From: the human T2T-CHM13v2.0 reference genome, Homo sapiens
Assembly: GCF_009914755.1 (NCBI RefSeq)
Contig: NC_060935.1
Reading direction: 5' to 3' (one strand)
DNA: 64,000 nt
In this document: one piece after another, positions 1 to 16,720 of the stretch
Numbering within the stretch: the first letter of the stretch is position 1
Layout of the letters: every line of letters begins with the position of its first letter
The notes under the pieces: model-generated
Seen by the model: the letters and a program-made list of their open reading frames with translations, nothing else
The model's database searches: none
What the model was told of the DNA's origin: nothing
Made by a program: the position numbers and the translations under genes

Positions 1-316
1 CCAGGAGTGTAAATCTGGACTATGTACTTAGCCAAGCTTTTTTAAAAAATCATTATTTGCATAAGAGCATTGATAGCAGGCTAATTAAATTTGGGAACAA
101 TAGCTAATAAGCTGACTGAAAAAAACAGAACCTAAAAAGAAATAGTATAATACAGAGCAAAGAATATGGCCTTAATGTCATGGATCTATCACTACTAGCT
201 GTGTGGCTTTGAGTAAATTGCTTAACCACCTGAGCCTTTTGTTCCTCATTTGCATGGAGATAATACTACATATTCCATGTGGTTGTGAGAACATAAAAGA
301 TAATATATGTGTATTA

Positions 317-1125
<809 letters not shown>

Positions 1126-1417
1126 CTAAAAAGTACTCAGTACAGTGCCTAGCACATAAGTGCTCCATAAATGGCAGTTGTTATTCTACTATTAATAGTC
1201 TACACTTAATATACATATACAATTAATATACATGGTCCCTACTATGAAACCGGTGTGGGTAGGACAAGATAAACTCATGATTTCTTAGATTCCTGGAAAA
1301 CACAGAAAAAGAAGTACCACATATGACTACATTAATTACATCTGTTTTGTACACCAAAATGAATGGATTATTTTTGCACTGCATGTAATGCACTAAGAAC
1401 AGGACTAGTAAAAATAA

Positions 1418-1744
<327 letters not shown>

Positions 1745-2847
1745 TAATAGGCATACATAAAATGTATAGTCTGTAAATATGAGTGATATGAAAAATTCGA
1801 ATGACAACCTAAAAGTGATATTATATGGTTTTGTTAAAGAGTTTTATATGTACATTTAAATATAAGTATTGATCATCTGAGAACTCATCAAAGCTTAACT
1901 GAATAATGTATCAACTTGTCTTTCTGAGTGTCCTTTTCTCATTTCCATTTAAAAATGTGCCACAGCTAAGACTGACAGGCCCCAGTCTGCAGCAAAGATG
2001 GGGAAGACTTGGTAGTTCACACGCCTCCCCTGAGGGCAAGGAGTAATTCTGGGGGGATGTAAACTAACAAACATAAAAGTATTATATCGGCAAAGGGGTC
2101 GATTAAGTAAAAGAGTTGATGTTGACAGTAAAAATTTAGAAGCAATAATTAATGTGGCTGAATCACTAGATAATTTCCTCTTTATGTATACATTTATATG
2201 TGTATATATATATTTATATATGGGTCCATAATGCCCATCATTAGCCTCAAAGATTGTCTAATGTTCATTGGAAACAAAAACATAAGAACTCTCCCACCCG
2301 GGTGGACAGAGTAATTTTCTGAGCCACTTTGGTAAGATAAGAACATTAGATTGAAGGTAATGTCACACCTTAAACTTGTTAATTTATTGGTGTTTTGATT
2401 TGCATTAAACATTAGACAGATCCTCAGGCTAGCGGCTGACATGGTAGAACTCTCCTTAGTATCTCACCAAAATAGCAGTCAAACTTCTAAGATGTTCAAA
2501 ACATAGTTACTAATTTGAAAGTAAGTAGAAATGGTTGCTGAGGAGCCAGGATTTACAGAGGTTATATGCATCATTGTAGGTGAGGCAGGAAGTCTCCTAA
2601 GATTTCACAGGGAGCCTCCTGACTTATAAATGCATAAATCACAGTATTGATCAGGTCAGCAGTGACAGATAAAAAGTAGTGACGTGGGTTTTAACTGTTG
2701 CTAGCCTTAGCCACACACTGACAGTTGTGATAAATGGTAACAGAAAAGGGAGTTATTATAGATCCAAACAGTGAAGAGAAAATATATATTTAAAAACCAA
2801 CATTTTAAGTAAGATAGGTAGTAATTTACTGTGTAGAGGACAAATAA

Positions 2848-3210
<363 letters not shown>

Positions 3211-3640
3211 TGAGCAGTATGCACAATGTTGAAACAGAGTTGATAAACAAAAGGTGACTGATGTTCACTATCATCTTTTTTAGGAAGTCAAGTAAGTTTG
3301 TGATATAGTTTACAGATACTTCTATCAAATATTAAAATGTCTTAAGATGGAAAAAAAAACAGTTTTGACACTCAAGTAGGTTTTACATATTAACATATAT
3401 AGAATGCACATAGAAGAAAGGGTCAGAGAGGTCCCTGGAAATGCCGTGTACTGATTCAGCATCATGGGGGCTGCACAGCCTGCACTGTGAGTAATAACTA
3501 TAATAATAGCTATCATTTAATGAGCATTTACCATGTGCCAGGAATTAGGTTAAATCTTTACATGAATTATAGTATTGAGCCCTTTTATCCATGCCTTGAG
3601 TAGGTATTATTATATCTATTTTAAAGATAAGGAAATTGAG

Positions 3641-3971
<331 letters not shown>

Positions 3972-3991
3972 TTAAAAATTTACCTAACATT

Positions 3992-4275
<284 letters not shown>

Positions 4276-4498
4276 CTAACATTGTTCATGTGGTTAAGTG
4301 GCAGAGCCCAGAATCAAAGTGAAGTCTGAGTACCTCCATCCAGGTTTACTATCTCAGTCTACGTGTTTTATGGAAATGAGGCATGCCCTTTCTGAGAAGG
4401 AATGATGTTATTATACCTCCTTATATATTTTCATTAAGAATGAGTGAGGATCTCCTCCTTTATTATTTATTCATGTGACCCTTTCTTTTCCCTCACCC

Positions 4499-4912
4499 TG
4501 TGGGAGGCTGAATAATGGCCCTAAAGATATTCAGGCCCTAATCCAGGATTATCCAGGTGAACCCTAAATGTAATCACAAGTGTCCTTTTAAGAGGGAGTC
4601 AGATAGAGATTTGATGACGGGAGAGGAAGAAGACAATGTGACACAAGAAGTGGGTGTGTTTGGAGCAGGGAAGTGACATGACATGGGGCCACAAGCCAAG
4701 GAATGAGGATAACCTCTAGAAACTGGAAAAAGATAGGAAACTGATTCTCCCCTAGAACCTCCAGGAGGAACCAGCCTGCTGACACCTTGATTTTAGTCCC
4801 ATAAGACTCATTTTGGACTTCTGGCATCCAGAACTCTAAGAGAATAAATTTCTGTTGTTTTAAGCTACCAAATTGTAGTAATATTTTATAGCAACCATAG
4901 GAATTGAATACA
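4499..4912 (+). mobile_element. MLT1C/D-type MaLR LTR
   Basis: tgtgggaggctgaataatggccc...gacaccttgattttag...agaataaatttctgttgttttaagc...aataca. Confidence 0.8.
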
Positions 4913-6129
4913 TATCCCATATTACTGGCTTCAGGACTTATTTGCATTATACTTTCTCCTTGTATTTTTCCTACATTTTGTAACTGTTTATTACTTCCAG
5001 AATGCAACTGTAGAGTGTGTAAATAACATATTCGTAAAAGCATTGTTTCAGATAAAGTCTAAAAAAGAGGTATTTTATTTTAAAATAATATCCAATCCTA
5101 TGGCTATCCCATATCCCAGCCTTTCCAATGGCTGTAAAAGGGAAAATTATGGGACGAATGTTGTCAAGTATATAATGAAAGGAAATCTTTTCAATATGAA
5201 TGATCAATAAACTTGTAGAAAAATGTCCACCATAACGAGAGTCACACCAGTTAATCATAACCCACATCTCTGACTAGGAATGCAGTAGGTTTCCCCCATT
5301 CCCACCACTCTTTATTTGGAGATTTGTTGAAACCTACAAGAGAATTATGAGAATAGTATGAAGGCACTTGTCTGCCCTTCACCAAATGCTAACTAATATG
5401 TCACCATATTTGTGAACAACAGATAGATAACTTGAAACTAAGTTATGGGAATCATGACATCTTACCCCTCACATCCCTCATCTCCTAAGAGTAAGGACTT
5501 TCTCCTCTTCTCCTGCATAACTCCAATGTCATTTGAGAAAATAACACTAATTTTATAACATCACCTAACATCCAGTCCAGTGCAAATTACAATTTCCCCA
5601 ATTGTTCCTAAACATTATTAATAGCTGTTTGTTTTCTGACCCAGCATCCAGTCAGGGTTTACACATTGCACTTGGTAATGTCTCTTTAGTTTCTTTTAAT
5701 CTGGAACAGACCCCTTACAATTTTGTTTTCATGATACTGACTTCTTTGTGTTTTCCTGACCCTCCCACACTAGAATGTACATTTTACAGGGGCAGGGATT
5801 TTCGTCTCTGTTAATTGCCATGTCCTTAGCATTGAGAATGCTGCCTAGCACTTTGTAAATATTTGTTTAATAACTAGATGAATGAATAAGTAATACAAGT
5901 ACAATGAGTGTCATGAAAGGTGATTTAGAGGATGCCAAGGGTCCTGAGAATCTAATCTGTTGTTGTTTGTGTGTAACTCTTACCTCTGCATTACACGTAT
6001 TGTGTTACACATATACGTGTTTCAGGCTTGAGCAAAGGGCTCATTTTACAAATCAGTGGGGAGATATAAGTGTAATAAATATAAATAAGAATTGAGTTTT
6101 AAAAAATACCTAAGTTGGTCAAGATTAAA

Positions 6130-7070
6130 AGGCATGATAGCAGGCACTTTAACAGCAAAACTGCAAGAGACTTAAGCTGAGTTTGGGCAACTGTGATGTG
6201 ACTGGCAAGATGCTAAATTAGCTTTAGACTTAATACAATAAGAACAGAGGCTATAATGAAGAAGGTGATTGTCTTGCTCTATTTATTCATTCTTTCATTC
6301 AACAAATATTTATTGAGTACCTTGTGTGCCAGGCACTGTTTTGGTGCTGGATATTTAGAATTGAGCACAACAAAGTCTTCGGCCACATGGAGCTTACATT
6401 CCATGATGAACAAACAATACTTAAGTAAGTTTTTTGAGGGTAGGGGCTCTGTGCTTTCACAAGAGAGGCAACATAGCGTAATGGTCAAGAGCAGTGGTTT
6501 TTGAGCCACCAGACATAGGTTTGAGTCCCAGTTTGTATACTTTTTTGCTGCTTGGTCTTGGGTAAGTTCCTTAAGCTCTCAGAGCCTGAGTTTCCCCAGT
6601 AGTAAGGTCATGGCAAATAACAGTACAGCCTCATAGGTTGGGAAGGGACTTAAGCGAGATAATGCATGAGAATTGTCTCACATGGTGCCTGGCACTTAAT
6701 AGCTTCTTGATAAATGTTAGTTGTTGTTTTCATCATTATTAACATTGACTAACTAAAACATGTCTTACTAGAAAAGGGATTTGAAACCAAATGATGAAGA
6801 ACAGTTGAAGGAACCAGGGATGTTAAACTCATAGAAAAGTAAATGGAATACATGCTTACTGGTTTCAAATACTTGATGATGTAGCATGTGACCTGAGCTT
6901 ACTTATTCTGTGTGGTCCCAGAAAACAGAATTAGGTCCAGCCGGTGGAAGTTACCAGGAAGACAATTTTCACAATGTAAGAAGAAATGTTCTTAACAATT
7001 AGAATTATCTATAAATAGAAAGAGCTGCTTGGGAGGAAATGGATTTTCTCTCATTAGAGATAATAAAGCA
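6130..7070 (+). mobile_element. L3/CR1 LINE fragments interrupted by L2 (about 6280-6420) and MIR (about 6465-6740)
   Basis: tgtgatgtgactggcaagatgctaa...; gaagaacagttgaaggaaccagggatgtt...tggaagttaccaggaagac resembles the L3 3' region. Confidence 0.6.
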
Positions 7071-7074
7071 GGTA

Positions 7075-7355
7075 CTAGACATGTGCTCTCCAATATGTAG
7101 CCACTAGCCTCCTATGGCTATTTAAATTTAAAGTAATTAAAATTAAATACAGTTATAAAGGCAGAGGATAGGATGGTGGTTTCCAGGGATTGGGGAAGGG
7201 AGAAACTGGGTATTGTTGTTCAATTGGTGTAAAGTTACAGTTATGCAAGATGAATCAATTCTAAAGACCTGCTCTATAGCATAATGCTTATAACTAACAA
7301 AATTAGGAACCTAACAATTTATTAAGAGGGTAGATCTCATGTCAAGCATTCTTAC

Positions 7356-7387
<32 letters not shown>

Positions 7388-7692
7388 AACTTTTGAGGAT
7401 GTGGATATGCCTGTTATCTTGATGGTAGTGGTGATTTCACCATTTTATGCATATATCCAAGCTCATCAAATTGTACATATTAAATATGTATAGTTTTTTG
7501 TATGTCAGTTAAACCTCAATAAAGCTAATTTTTAAGAAATTAAATACAAATACAATTCAGTTATTTAGTCACATTAGTCACGTTTCAAAGTGCTCACAAG
7601 CCACATATGGCTAGTGGCTGCTGCCATATTAGTGCAGAATAACAAACATTGCCATCATCACAGAAAGTTCTGTTGTATAGTGCTGTTCTGGA
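7075..7692. mobile_element. MER33/MER3-type hAT element split by an L1 3' fragment
   Basis: tgtagccactagc...aaattaaatac, then aattcagtt...tcaaagtgctcacaagccacatatggctagtggct...cagaaagttct. Confidence 0.75.
7152..7536 (+). mobile_element. L1MA/L1MB 3' end fragment with an (AG)n tract
   Basis: ttaagagggtagatctcatg...acctcaataaagct; TSD AAATTAAATACA (7140-7151 / 7537-7548). Confidence 0.8.
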
Positions 7693-9069
7693 CAATGAAC
7701 AAAGATGTTTAAGAAGAAATGGAGGCACAAGATGAGAAAGAAGAGCTGAATTAATTAGGTAACTTGTAAAGTCCATTCTAAGCCTCAGTTTTATAGATTA
7801 TGAAAGGTCATCTTTTAACCATTTCATTTTGGAATAAAGGAAGAGTTATTCTCACAGAAATAAAACTGTTGTGTTATTTGGAGATATTTTTATTTTACTG
7901 ATTTGACTTAAAAATTGCTTCTTTTCAGCTCATCACTCTAGTTAGAGAAATAAATTTCTGAGGGGAAATGGCCTAGCAATGGCATGGCCCAGGAGAAGTA
8001 CAGTAATCATTGCATCTTTTTCCTGAAAGAACTTTCCATGATTTTTTAGTTCAGCCTGAAGAGCCATTTGTGACGCTTAAAAATCAATGAAGGGGAAAAA
8101 TGGGACTGAGCTGGGCCAGTTTTCAAAGGACATGAGGGGTGAGTCTTGTTTCAGTCGCTAGTATTAGACAGGATTTCATTTATGAACTTTGTTCTCTTGT
8201 CCAACTCCAGTTCCTACAGGTTTCCTTTTTCCTTTGCTCTCCAGTCAAAAGGAAAAATACTCACATGATTATTAGAAATACTGGAGCAATAAATTGTTTG
8301 AGGGACTTGAAACACCCTTTTTTTCTTTCCCTTCAAAGCCTTAAATGATAGTTGCTTCATTGAAGCTTACAGATCATTAAAAGCAGTCCTGCCAGGGTGT
8401 TGTAATATATGTTTTAGCTTCCAATTGAAGGAAAATCTCTACCAAACTAACCTTTGAGTCATACAGAATTTTTTATTTTCTATTTTTGATGTCTTGGGTG
8501 TTCCAGCACTTTTTCATCACCTGCCATATACAAAATTCCCATATCTTATTTGAGCCAAAAATGAAGCCTGGTATCACCTCTAACAAGTACAAATTCCTAG
8601 CGCTTTTCAACTATGTTATTATTTGCCTATTTTATTTATTGCAGAACAGTTCCCAAGGAGTAATGTCCTGGAGAAACAGAAATAACACTGTAGAAGAGCA
8701 GTAGTGTTATGGACATTGAGAGTACCATTGCAAAACCTGATTTTTTTTGCATTTTCATGGCTTCAGTTTCGAGTAATTGTAGATGGACAGAGGCCAAGCT
8801 GTTTTCAATTTGACCCTTGGTTAAGCTAAAAAACTACATAACAACTAAGGGTACCCTATCTCCTGTTACAGAGATAGATACATAAAAGGGCCAGACTAAC
8901 AAGAAACCAAATAGCCAGTCTGGGGTATGGCCAGAGAATCTGTAACTCTAATAAGCACACCAAGGGATTCTGGTGAACAGACTAATTTGGGGAACTGCTT
9001 AGGTCCACATTATTTTGTAAAGGAATGATTGAAGAACCTTTTTCTGAATTTTTAAAAATAAGACACCAA

Positions 9070-9325
9070 TTTTTTTATTGTAGTAAAATATATGTAATAT
9101 AGAACTTACCATTTTCACCATTTTTAAATATACAATTCAATGGTATTAAGTACAACCATCACCACGCATTTCCAGAACTTTTTCATCATCCTAAACTGAA
9201 ACCGTACCCATTAAACAATAACTCCTCATTCCCTGCTCCTTTCCCTCCCAGGCCCTGGTAACCTCTATAACACTTTCTGTCCCTCTGAATTTGCCTGTTC
9301 TAGGTCCCTCATATAAGTGAAGAGA
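9070..9325 (-). mobile_element. L1MB 3' fragment
   Basis: ttattgtagtaaaatatat...tacaattcaatggtattaagtac...ctcatataagtg. Confidence 0.75.
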
Positions 9326-9899
9326 TAATTGATTTTTAACAAAAGCTTAATTGCTTTCTTGCCTGGAGGCATGGGTCGGAGTGAAGGGGAGCAAACATTA
9401 ATTGGTGTCTTGACCTGACAAGTCAAGGTCACATTCGGATTTACTGGATTTATCTCAAGCAATAGAAAACTGTGTTTTTAAACTTTGGTTCCATGGAATC
9501 ATACAGACTCCTTTTATTCTAATTGTTTTTATCATGACCTGTGTGTTCACCTATGAAATTATTCATTTGAAATTGTTACTGACTAGTTGGTGATATTCAA
9601 TCTGATTTTCTCATGAAAATTAATAAGTATGTTTCTGAAAATCTCCTCTCAATTATGTCATTCTAAACAATTTCTGCAATGTTAAGGCCCAGCAGAAAAA
9701 AAAAAAAAAAAAGTTACTATCAAAATGTTTCCAAAGTTCAAAAGCAGAAGAATTAGCACTTTTTAGTTTCTTTTTATAAAATGCATCTACTTCAAGCCAT
9801 AGCAAATTTGAAGTTTCAGATCCTCTGTCCACAAGATTGAGTACTTAACGATAGCCCTTTTGGCTCCTTCCAGATCTCCTAATAAAGCAGGGAGCTCCT

Positions 9900-11108
9900 C
9901 TCAGCCCGGCCAGCCACCCCGTCCGGGAGGGAGATGGGGGGTCAGCCCCCCCACCCGGCCAGCCGCCCCGTCCGGGAGGGAGGTAGGGGGGTCAGCCCCC
10001 CGCCCAGCCAGCCGCCCCGTCCGGGAGGGAGGTGGGGGGGTCAGCCCTCCGCCCGGCCAGCCGCCCCGTCTGGGAGGTGAGGGGCGCCTCTGCCCGGCCG
10101 CCCCTACTGGGAAGTGAGGAGCCCCTCTGCCCGGCCAGCCGCCCCGTCCGGGAGGGAGGTGGGGGGGTCGGCCCCCCGCCCGGCCAGCCGCCCCGTCCGG
10201 GAGGGAGGTCGGGGGGGGTCGGCCCCCCTGCCCGGCCAGCCGCCCCGTCCGGGAGGTGAGGGGCGCCTCTGCCCGGCCGCCCCTACTGGGAAGTGAGGAG
10301 CCCCTCTGCCCGGCCAGCCGCCCCGTCCGGGAGGGAGGTGGGGGGGTCAGCCCCCCGCCCGGCCAGCCGCCCCGTCCGGGAGGGAGGTGGGGGGGTCGGC
10401 CCCCCGCCCGGCCAGCCGCCCCGTCCGGGAGGGAGGTGGGGAGGGGTCGGCCCCCCTGCCTGGCCAGGCGCCCCGTCCGGGAGGTGAGGGGCGCCTCTGC
10501 CCGGCCGCCCCTACTGGGAAGTGAGGAGCCCCTCTGCCCGGCCACCACCCCGTCTGGGAGGTGTACCCAACAGCTCATTGAGAACGGGCCAGGATGACAA
10601 TGGCGGCTTTGTGGAATAGAAAGGCGGGAAAGGTGGGGAAAAGATTGAGAAATCGGATGGTTGCCGTGTCTGTGTAGAAAGAAGTAGACATGGGAGACTT
10701 TTCATTTTGTTCTGCACTAAGAAAAATTCCTCTGCCTTGGGATCCTGTTGATCTGTGACCTTACCCCCAACCCTGTGCTCTCTGAAACATGTGCTGTGTC
10801 CACTCAGGGTTAAATGGATTAAGGGCGGTGCAAGATGTGCTTTGTTAAACAGATGCTTGAAGGCAGCATGCTCGTTAAGAGTCATCACCAATCCCTAATC
10901 TCAAGTAATCAGGGACACAAACACTGCGGAAGGCCGCAGGGTCCTCTGCCTAGGAAAACCAGAGACCTTTGTTCACTTGTTTATCTGCTGACCTTCCCTC
11001 CACTATTGTCCCATGACCCTGCCAAATCCCCCTCTGTGAGAAACACCCAAGAATTATCAATAAAAAAATAAATTTAAAAAAAAAATAAATAAATAAAAAA
11101 TAAAAAAA
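9900..11108 (+). mobile_element. SVA retrotransposon, 5'-truncated (starts in the VNTR), SVA_F-like
   Basis: GC-rich VNTR about 9900-10555, SINE-R about 10556-11064, AATAAA 11059-11064, A-rich tail. Perfect 19-bp TSD AATAAAGCAGGGAGCTCCT (9881-9899 / 11109-11127). The 3' end ...gtcccatgacc...ctgtgagaaac...gaattatcaataaa is typical of the young E/F type. Confidence 0.96.
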
Positions 11109-11236
11109 AATAAAGCAGGGAGCTCCTTCAGTGTCCAGCATACTACTCTGGGGAGAAGGCCTCTTCATCTTGTCTAGAGCAGGGCTTCAGATATCTGTGC
11201 CAGAGGCTTAGGAAAGACCTACCACTTGGAATGTAG

Positions 11237-11513
<277 letters not shown>

Positions 11514-13266
11514 TTGTTTTGTTCATTTTAAACAATTTTCCATAAATTTATAAAGCCATTCTCCATGACATGCTTACCACTTTCACGGTCTGTGTAAATC
11601 TGATCCATCAGTAATATAGTATGGCAGCACCTAATTATGTGTTTTGTGAAAAGCTATGGAACAAAAAGTACCACCTGTTACTTAACTCCCTAATTGTAAA
11701 ATTGTGTTTTATTTCTGTGCCCTGAGGTTGGACCACAGTATTGTGATAAACCATGGGACTGACGGGTCTTGCTACCCATTCCTGTTCTCCATTAAAAAAA
11801 AAAGTAATCAGATTTCTTCTAACTCTCAAACCTCTAAAAGCGCTTCTGAAAACTTAGATCTAACTGTTTAAAGTTGACCCCTGGATTCTATAACCCTCTC
11901 TGTCACAAATCTGCTTTGTAACTTTGAGCGAATTATTTATCTTAAACACTTAACTTTCCATACAACTATTCATTGAGCATAAAACCTAAATAATGATACT
12001 ACCTCTGGAAAAAAGGATTCATGACTCAGTGGGTCTGTTTCCCTACTTAAATCTGGAAGGGAAAATGCCTTCTTACTCTTCCTTCTGAATTTTCCCATTT
12101 AGTCCCTGGCACAAATGAAGACTCGCTCTTCTTGGCAGCATCCATGGCTGCTAAGAGAAACTTTGCCCCACTGCCTTTGATGTGGTGAAACAAAGCCTTT
12201 ACCAGAGTGGTTGGAGGATCTGTCACCCTGGAGACTCCTAGGGACCCCCACCCACAACCTCTTTGGGAAGTTCTTTTCCTAAAGTTGTATTCAGATTTAT
12301 ACCAATATGCAGAGGAGACGTCTTTCTTATAAAAAGCTTGCTTTTCCTCTCAAAGCTGTGAAGAAGCTAGTGAAGGGGAAGCTGAACTGGGTATAATATT
12401 GACAAATGTTTTGAGCACTTCAGATAAAAATGTTTGATAAGTGCAGTCCTGTTTGTATTGCCTTATTACACTGCTCATTGGAGAAAGTGTTTTCTTTGGT
12501 CACCTGCCAATGAAAAAGATTAGCCTTTTCCTGTATTTAGGATTGTTTCTTTGACTAGTTATGTTGGTAGAACAAGATAGACAAATGCTGCTGAAATTAG
12601 CAAATCAGTATTGGAACACAGTGATACTCATTTCTCCTCACTGCCCTTTCCAATTCATTGACAGTTGCCGCAAGCAGTATGAATGGGTTTTTTATAGGAC
12701 TCTCTTTCTCTCCTTACCTATTCCAATTTGTATTTTCACTTTAGTTCCCTTGGTCTGATGTTCAAGACTTTAAAGGATTTGCCACTGCCCACCACACCAT
12801 GCTTTCCTATTTTATAGGATCCAATAAGAAACATTTTTTCATTTAAATGCCTCTTCTATAACATGAGTCACCTTTTAGATTTCTATACCTTGTATCTTCT
12901 AGTTTCTATTTTAGTACAGAAAAATTATAGTTTCATCTTCTTTGAGGCAAGATATGAAGATTTTTTTTTGCCCTCCCTCAAATTTATTCCCTGTTTACAG
13001 CAAAGGAAGCCACTGGCTGCTTTTCTAACATTTCTCTATCAGAAGCTAGTTGAGCTAAATGTATATACTTTTATATTCCCCTTAATATGTTTAGATTGAT
13101 CTGGGGTACATCTTTTGGATCTGGACATTATGAAACAAAGTTAAGCCCTTTAACCCATCATCAGCCTACATCTGTCTCTTCAGACAAAAAGGAAATGAAC
13201 TTCCATTGCTGTAGGAAAAATTTATGTCACACATAAGGGCAAATTTGTTAGCAATAATGTTATTCA

Positions 13267-13561
13267 AGCCAGGTGTGGTGGCGCATGCCTGTAATCCTAG
13301 CACTTTGGGAGGCCGAGGCAGTGGATTGCTTGAGACCAGGAGTTCAAGACCAGCCTGACCAACGTGGCAAAACCCTATTTCTACTAAAAATACAAAAATT
13401 AGCCTGGCATGGTGGCATATGCCTGTAGTCCCAGCTCCTTGGGAGGCTGAGGCACAAGAATCGCTTAAACCCAGAGGCAGATGTTGCAGTGAGCCGACAT
13501 TGTGCCACTGTACTCCAGCATGGGCGACAGAGGGAGACCCTGTCTCAAAAAACAAACAAAA
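13267..13561 (+). mobile_element. Alu (J/old S)
   Basis: Approximate TSD atartgttattca. Confidence 0.9.
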
Positions 13562-13759
13562 GAGATAGTGTTATTCAGTACTGGGTTCCTAAGCAGTATT
13601 ACAGTATAACCTTCTCTGAAATTCTTTGCTTTTGTTTTTAATAGAATAGATTTTCATAAGGAATGGATTAGGTGCAGACCTTCTTGACAGCATGAGATAA
13701 CAAGTTATTTCTTGAAGTCACTCTTTAGAATAAATAAGTCGTATTTTATTCTGAGGGAA

Positions 13760-14034
<275 letters not shown>

Positions 14035-15184
14035 TATTCCAAGGGAATTTTAACATTGATTTAATTGAGAGAATCAAAAGAGCCTGAGGGTAGTTTACAG
14101 AGAAGAGCCCTTTTAGGTAGTATTTTTTATTTGACTTGCCAACCTCTAATTCTCACTCACTTATGGTGAGTTTCAAGTATGGATAGTTTTAAGATGTGGT
14201 TAGTTCCCATGACTACAAAATAAAATATGAATTTCCCATGTTACTTGAAGACTGTTTGTGGGAGGTCTTCATTTAGGTCTTTGCATCTTCTCAGGAGCAT
14301 ATCATAATTTAATAGCCTGTCATCGGAACCCTGCAAAGATAGTGATATTCATCTTAGAAAAAAAAAAAACTTGCATACCTCCTATACAGCATTCTTTGCT
14401 GCCACCTAAAGCCATTTGCTCATGAAACAGTAACCTTTAGAACAATAGCCCGAGTTCTCTTCCTATCAGTCAATTCTTAGAGACTCTATTAGCACCTTCC
14501 TTTGCTTTTGTCCTGTCAGATGGAGAGACGGGGTTGGCAGAAGCAAAACAGCCTTTATAAATTTTTCTTAGAGGTCCGTGATCCTAGATTAAAGTAGGAA
14601 TCAGAAGACATCAGGTCTAGAAATCCTCAGAGTGACCTTTTTTGACAGAGAAGATATTTATATGAAGAAACATCAGTGCCAATGACCTAAATTTAGCTAT
14701 CTAACCTCTCAATATGATCATTTCTCTGCTTGTAAAAGGGGAATAGTGACACCAATCACTACCGTCCTCTGGAGTTTGAGAGATACTTAATGAAATAATG
14801 AACGTAATTCTCCTCTTGCAAGGGAATATATTGTTGACTTTTAGGAGAATGATTTGGGGGTCCCTAAGGGGCTTAACAATCTATTACCTCTCTGGCACTC
14901 AAATAGGATTATTGTAAAAAGCTAATCTACTGCCAAAAAGTAAGCCATTTATTCTGTGGATAGATCAGGTCCAGTGTGAAAAAAAGGATTTTGATCTCTT
15001 TTTTGGAATAACTATTACTAACTAGATAGGCACAAAGATGTCTTTTTTTTCTTTCTTTCTTTAAAAAAAAAATTAGAACAGAAGTGTAATTGTGTTTGAT
15101 GGTTCACTTTGGGAGAATGTTAGGTTCAATCCTGAACACAGTAAATCAGATGATATACTTCTTTTAAAAAGCCTCTAGAATATG

Positions 15185-15400
15185 CCTTCTCAATTGAGGC
15201 AATATTGCCTCCAAGGGGGCAAAAATTGGTTCTTTGGGAGGCAAAAAAAAAAATTAGATATTATAATGGTTTGTGACCCTTAAAAAATATATAGATAGAT
15301 AATATGTTCATGATATCAAAATTTCATGGGGAGTGGACAAATAGAAAAAAGGTCTAAAAAGCTAGGGGGTGATAATGAAAAAAAGACTGAGAAACATTTC
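15185..15400. mobile_element. hAT-Charlie family DNA transposon relic
   Basis: ttctcaattgaggcaatattgcctccaagggggcaaaaattgg...aaaagactgagaaaca. Confidence 0.5.
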
Positions 15401-15713
15401 TCAAGTCTAGAATGTGCATATAACTGTCAATTACTCTTTCAGCTGTGTTTGTCCCTAAGCATGGGCAAGCTGCACATTGTCAGGTCGAAACAGCTTGCTA
15501 TTGATTATTCCTTCAGTCTGAGAGGAACTGAGTTCATAGAAAACTTGAACGAAATGAAATGTATACCCTAAGGGGTAATGATTTCAGACAAACAAACGTA
15601 ACAAACATCTACTTGTTAGAACCAATACTTTGCACTTTAAAATGTGGTTAAGCCTTTAAGGTAAGAGGTTTCTTTTTTCTCTTGCCTCTTTAGCCTTACA
15701 GAAAGGCACATCA

Positions 15714-16231
<518 letters not shown>

Positions 16232-16428
16232 TTAAGTTTGCTCTTGCTGCTGGTATTAATAAACTTTCATATATCCAACATATTCTTCCTTCCACCTTTC
16301 TCATATGTCTTATTAGTTCTTTCAAACACTCAGAATGGATGGAATGACCCAAAATTGACTTGCTACATACTGGGGAATTTGGAAGGGACCTGTGTTTTGC
16401 TTAGCAGCCCTGAAACAATAGAATGGCC

Positions 16429-16720
16429 TTTTTTTTTTTTTTTTTTTTTTTGAGACAGGGTCTCACTCTTGCCTAGGCTGGAGTAAAGTGGTGCTATCTC
16501 AGCTCACTGTAACCTCTGCCTCCTGAGTTCATGCGATTCTTGTGCTTCAGCCTCCTGAGTAGCTGGGACCACAGGTATGTGTTACCACGCCCTGCTAATT
16601 TTTTTTTTAATTAATGGGGTCTCACTATGTTGCCCAGGATCTCAAACTGCTGAGCTCAAGTGATCCTCCCTCCTTGGCCTCCCAAAGTGCTGGGATTACA
16701 GGCATGAGCGACTGTGCCTG
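16429..16720 (-). mobile_element. AluJ
   Basis: T tail plus body; TSD aatggcc. Confidence 0.88.

Noticed and set aside
9860-11168. Multiple Pro/Gly/Arg-rich ORFs up to 225 aa
   Set aside because: They are stop-poor reading frames of the SVA VNTR/SINE-R, not genes
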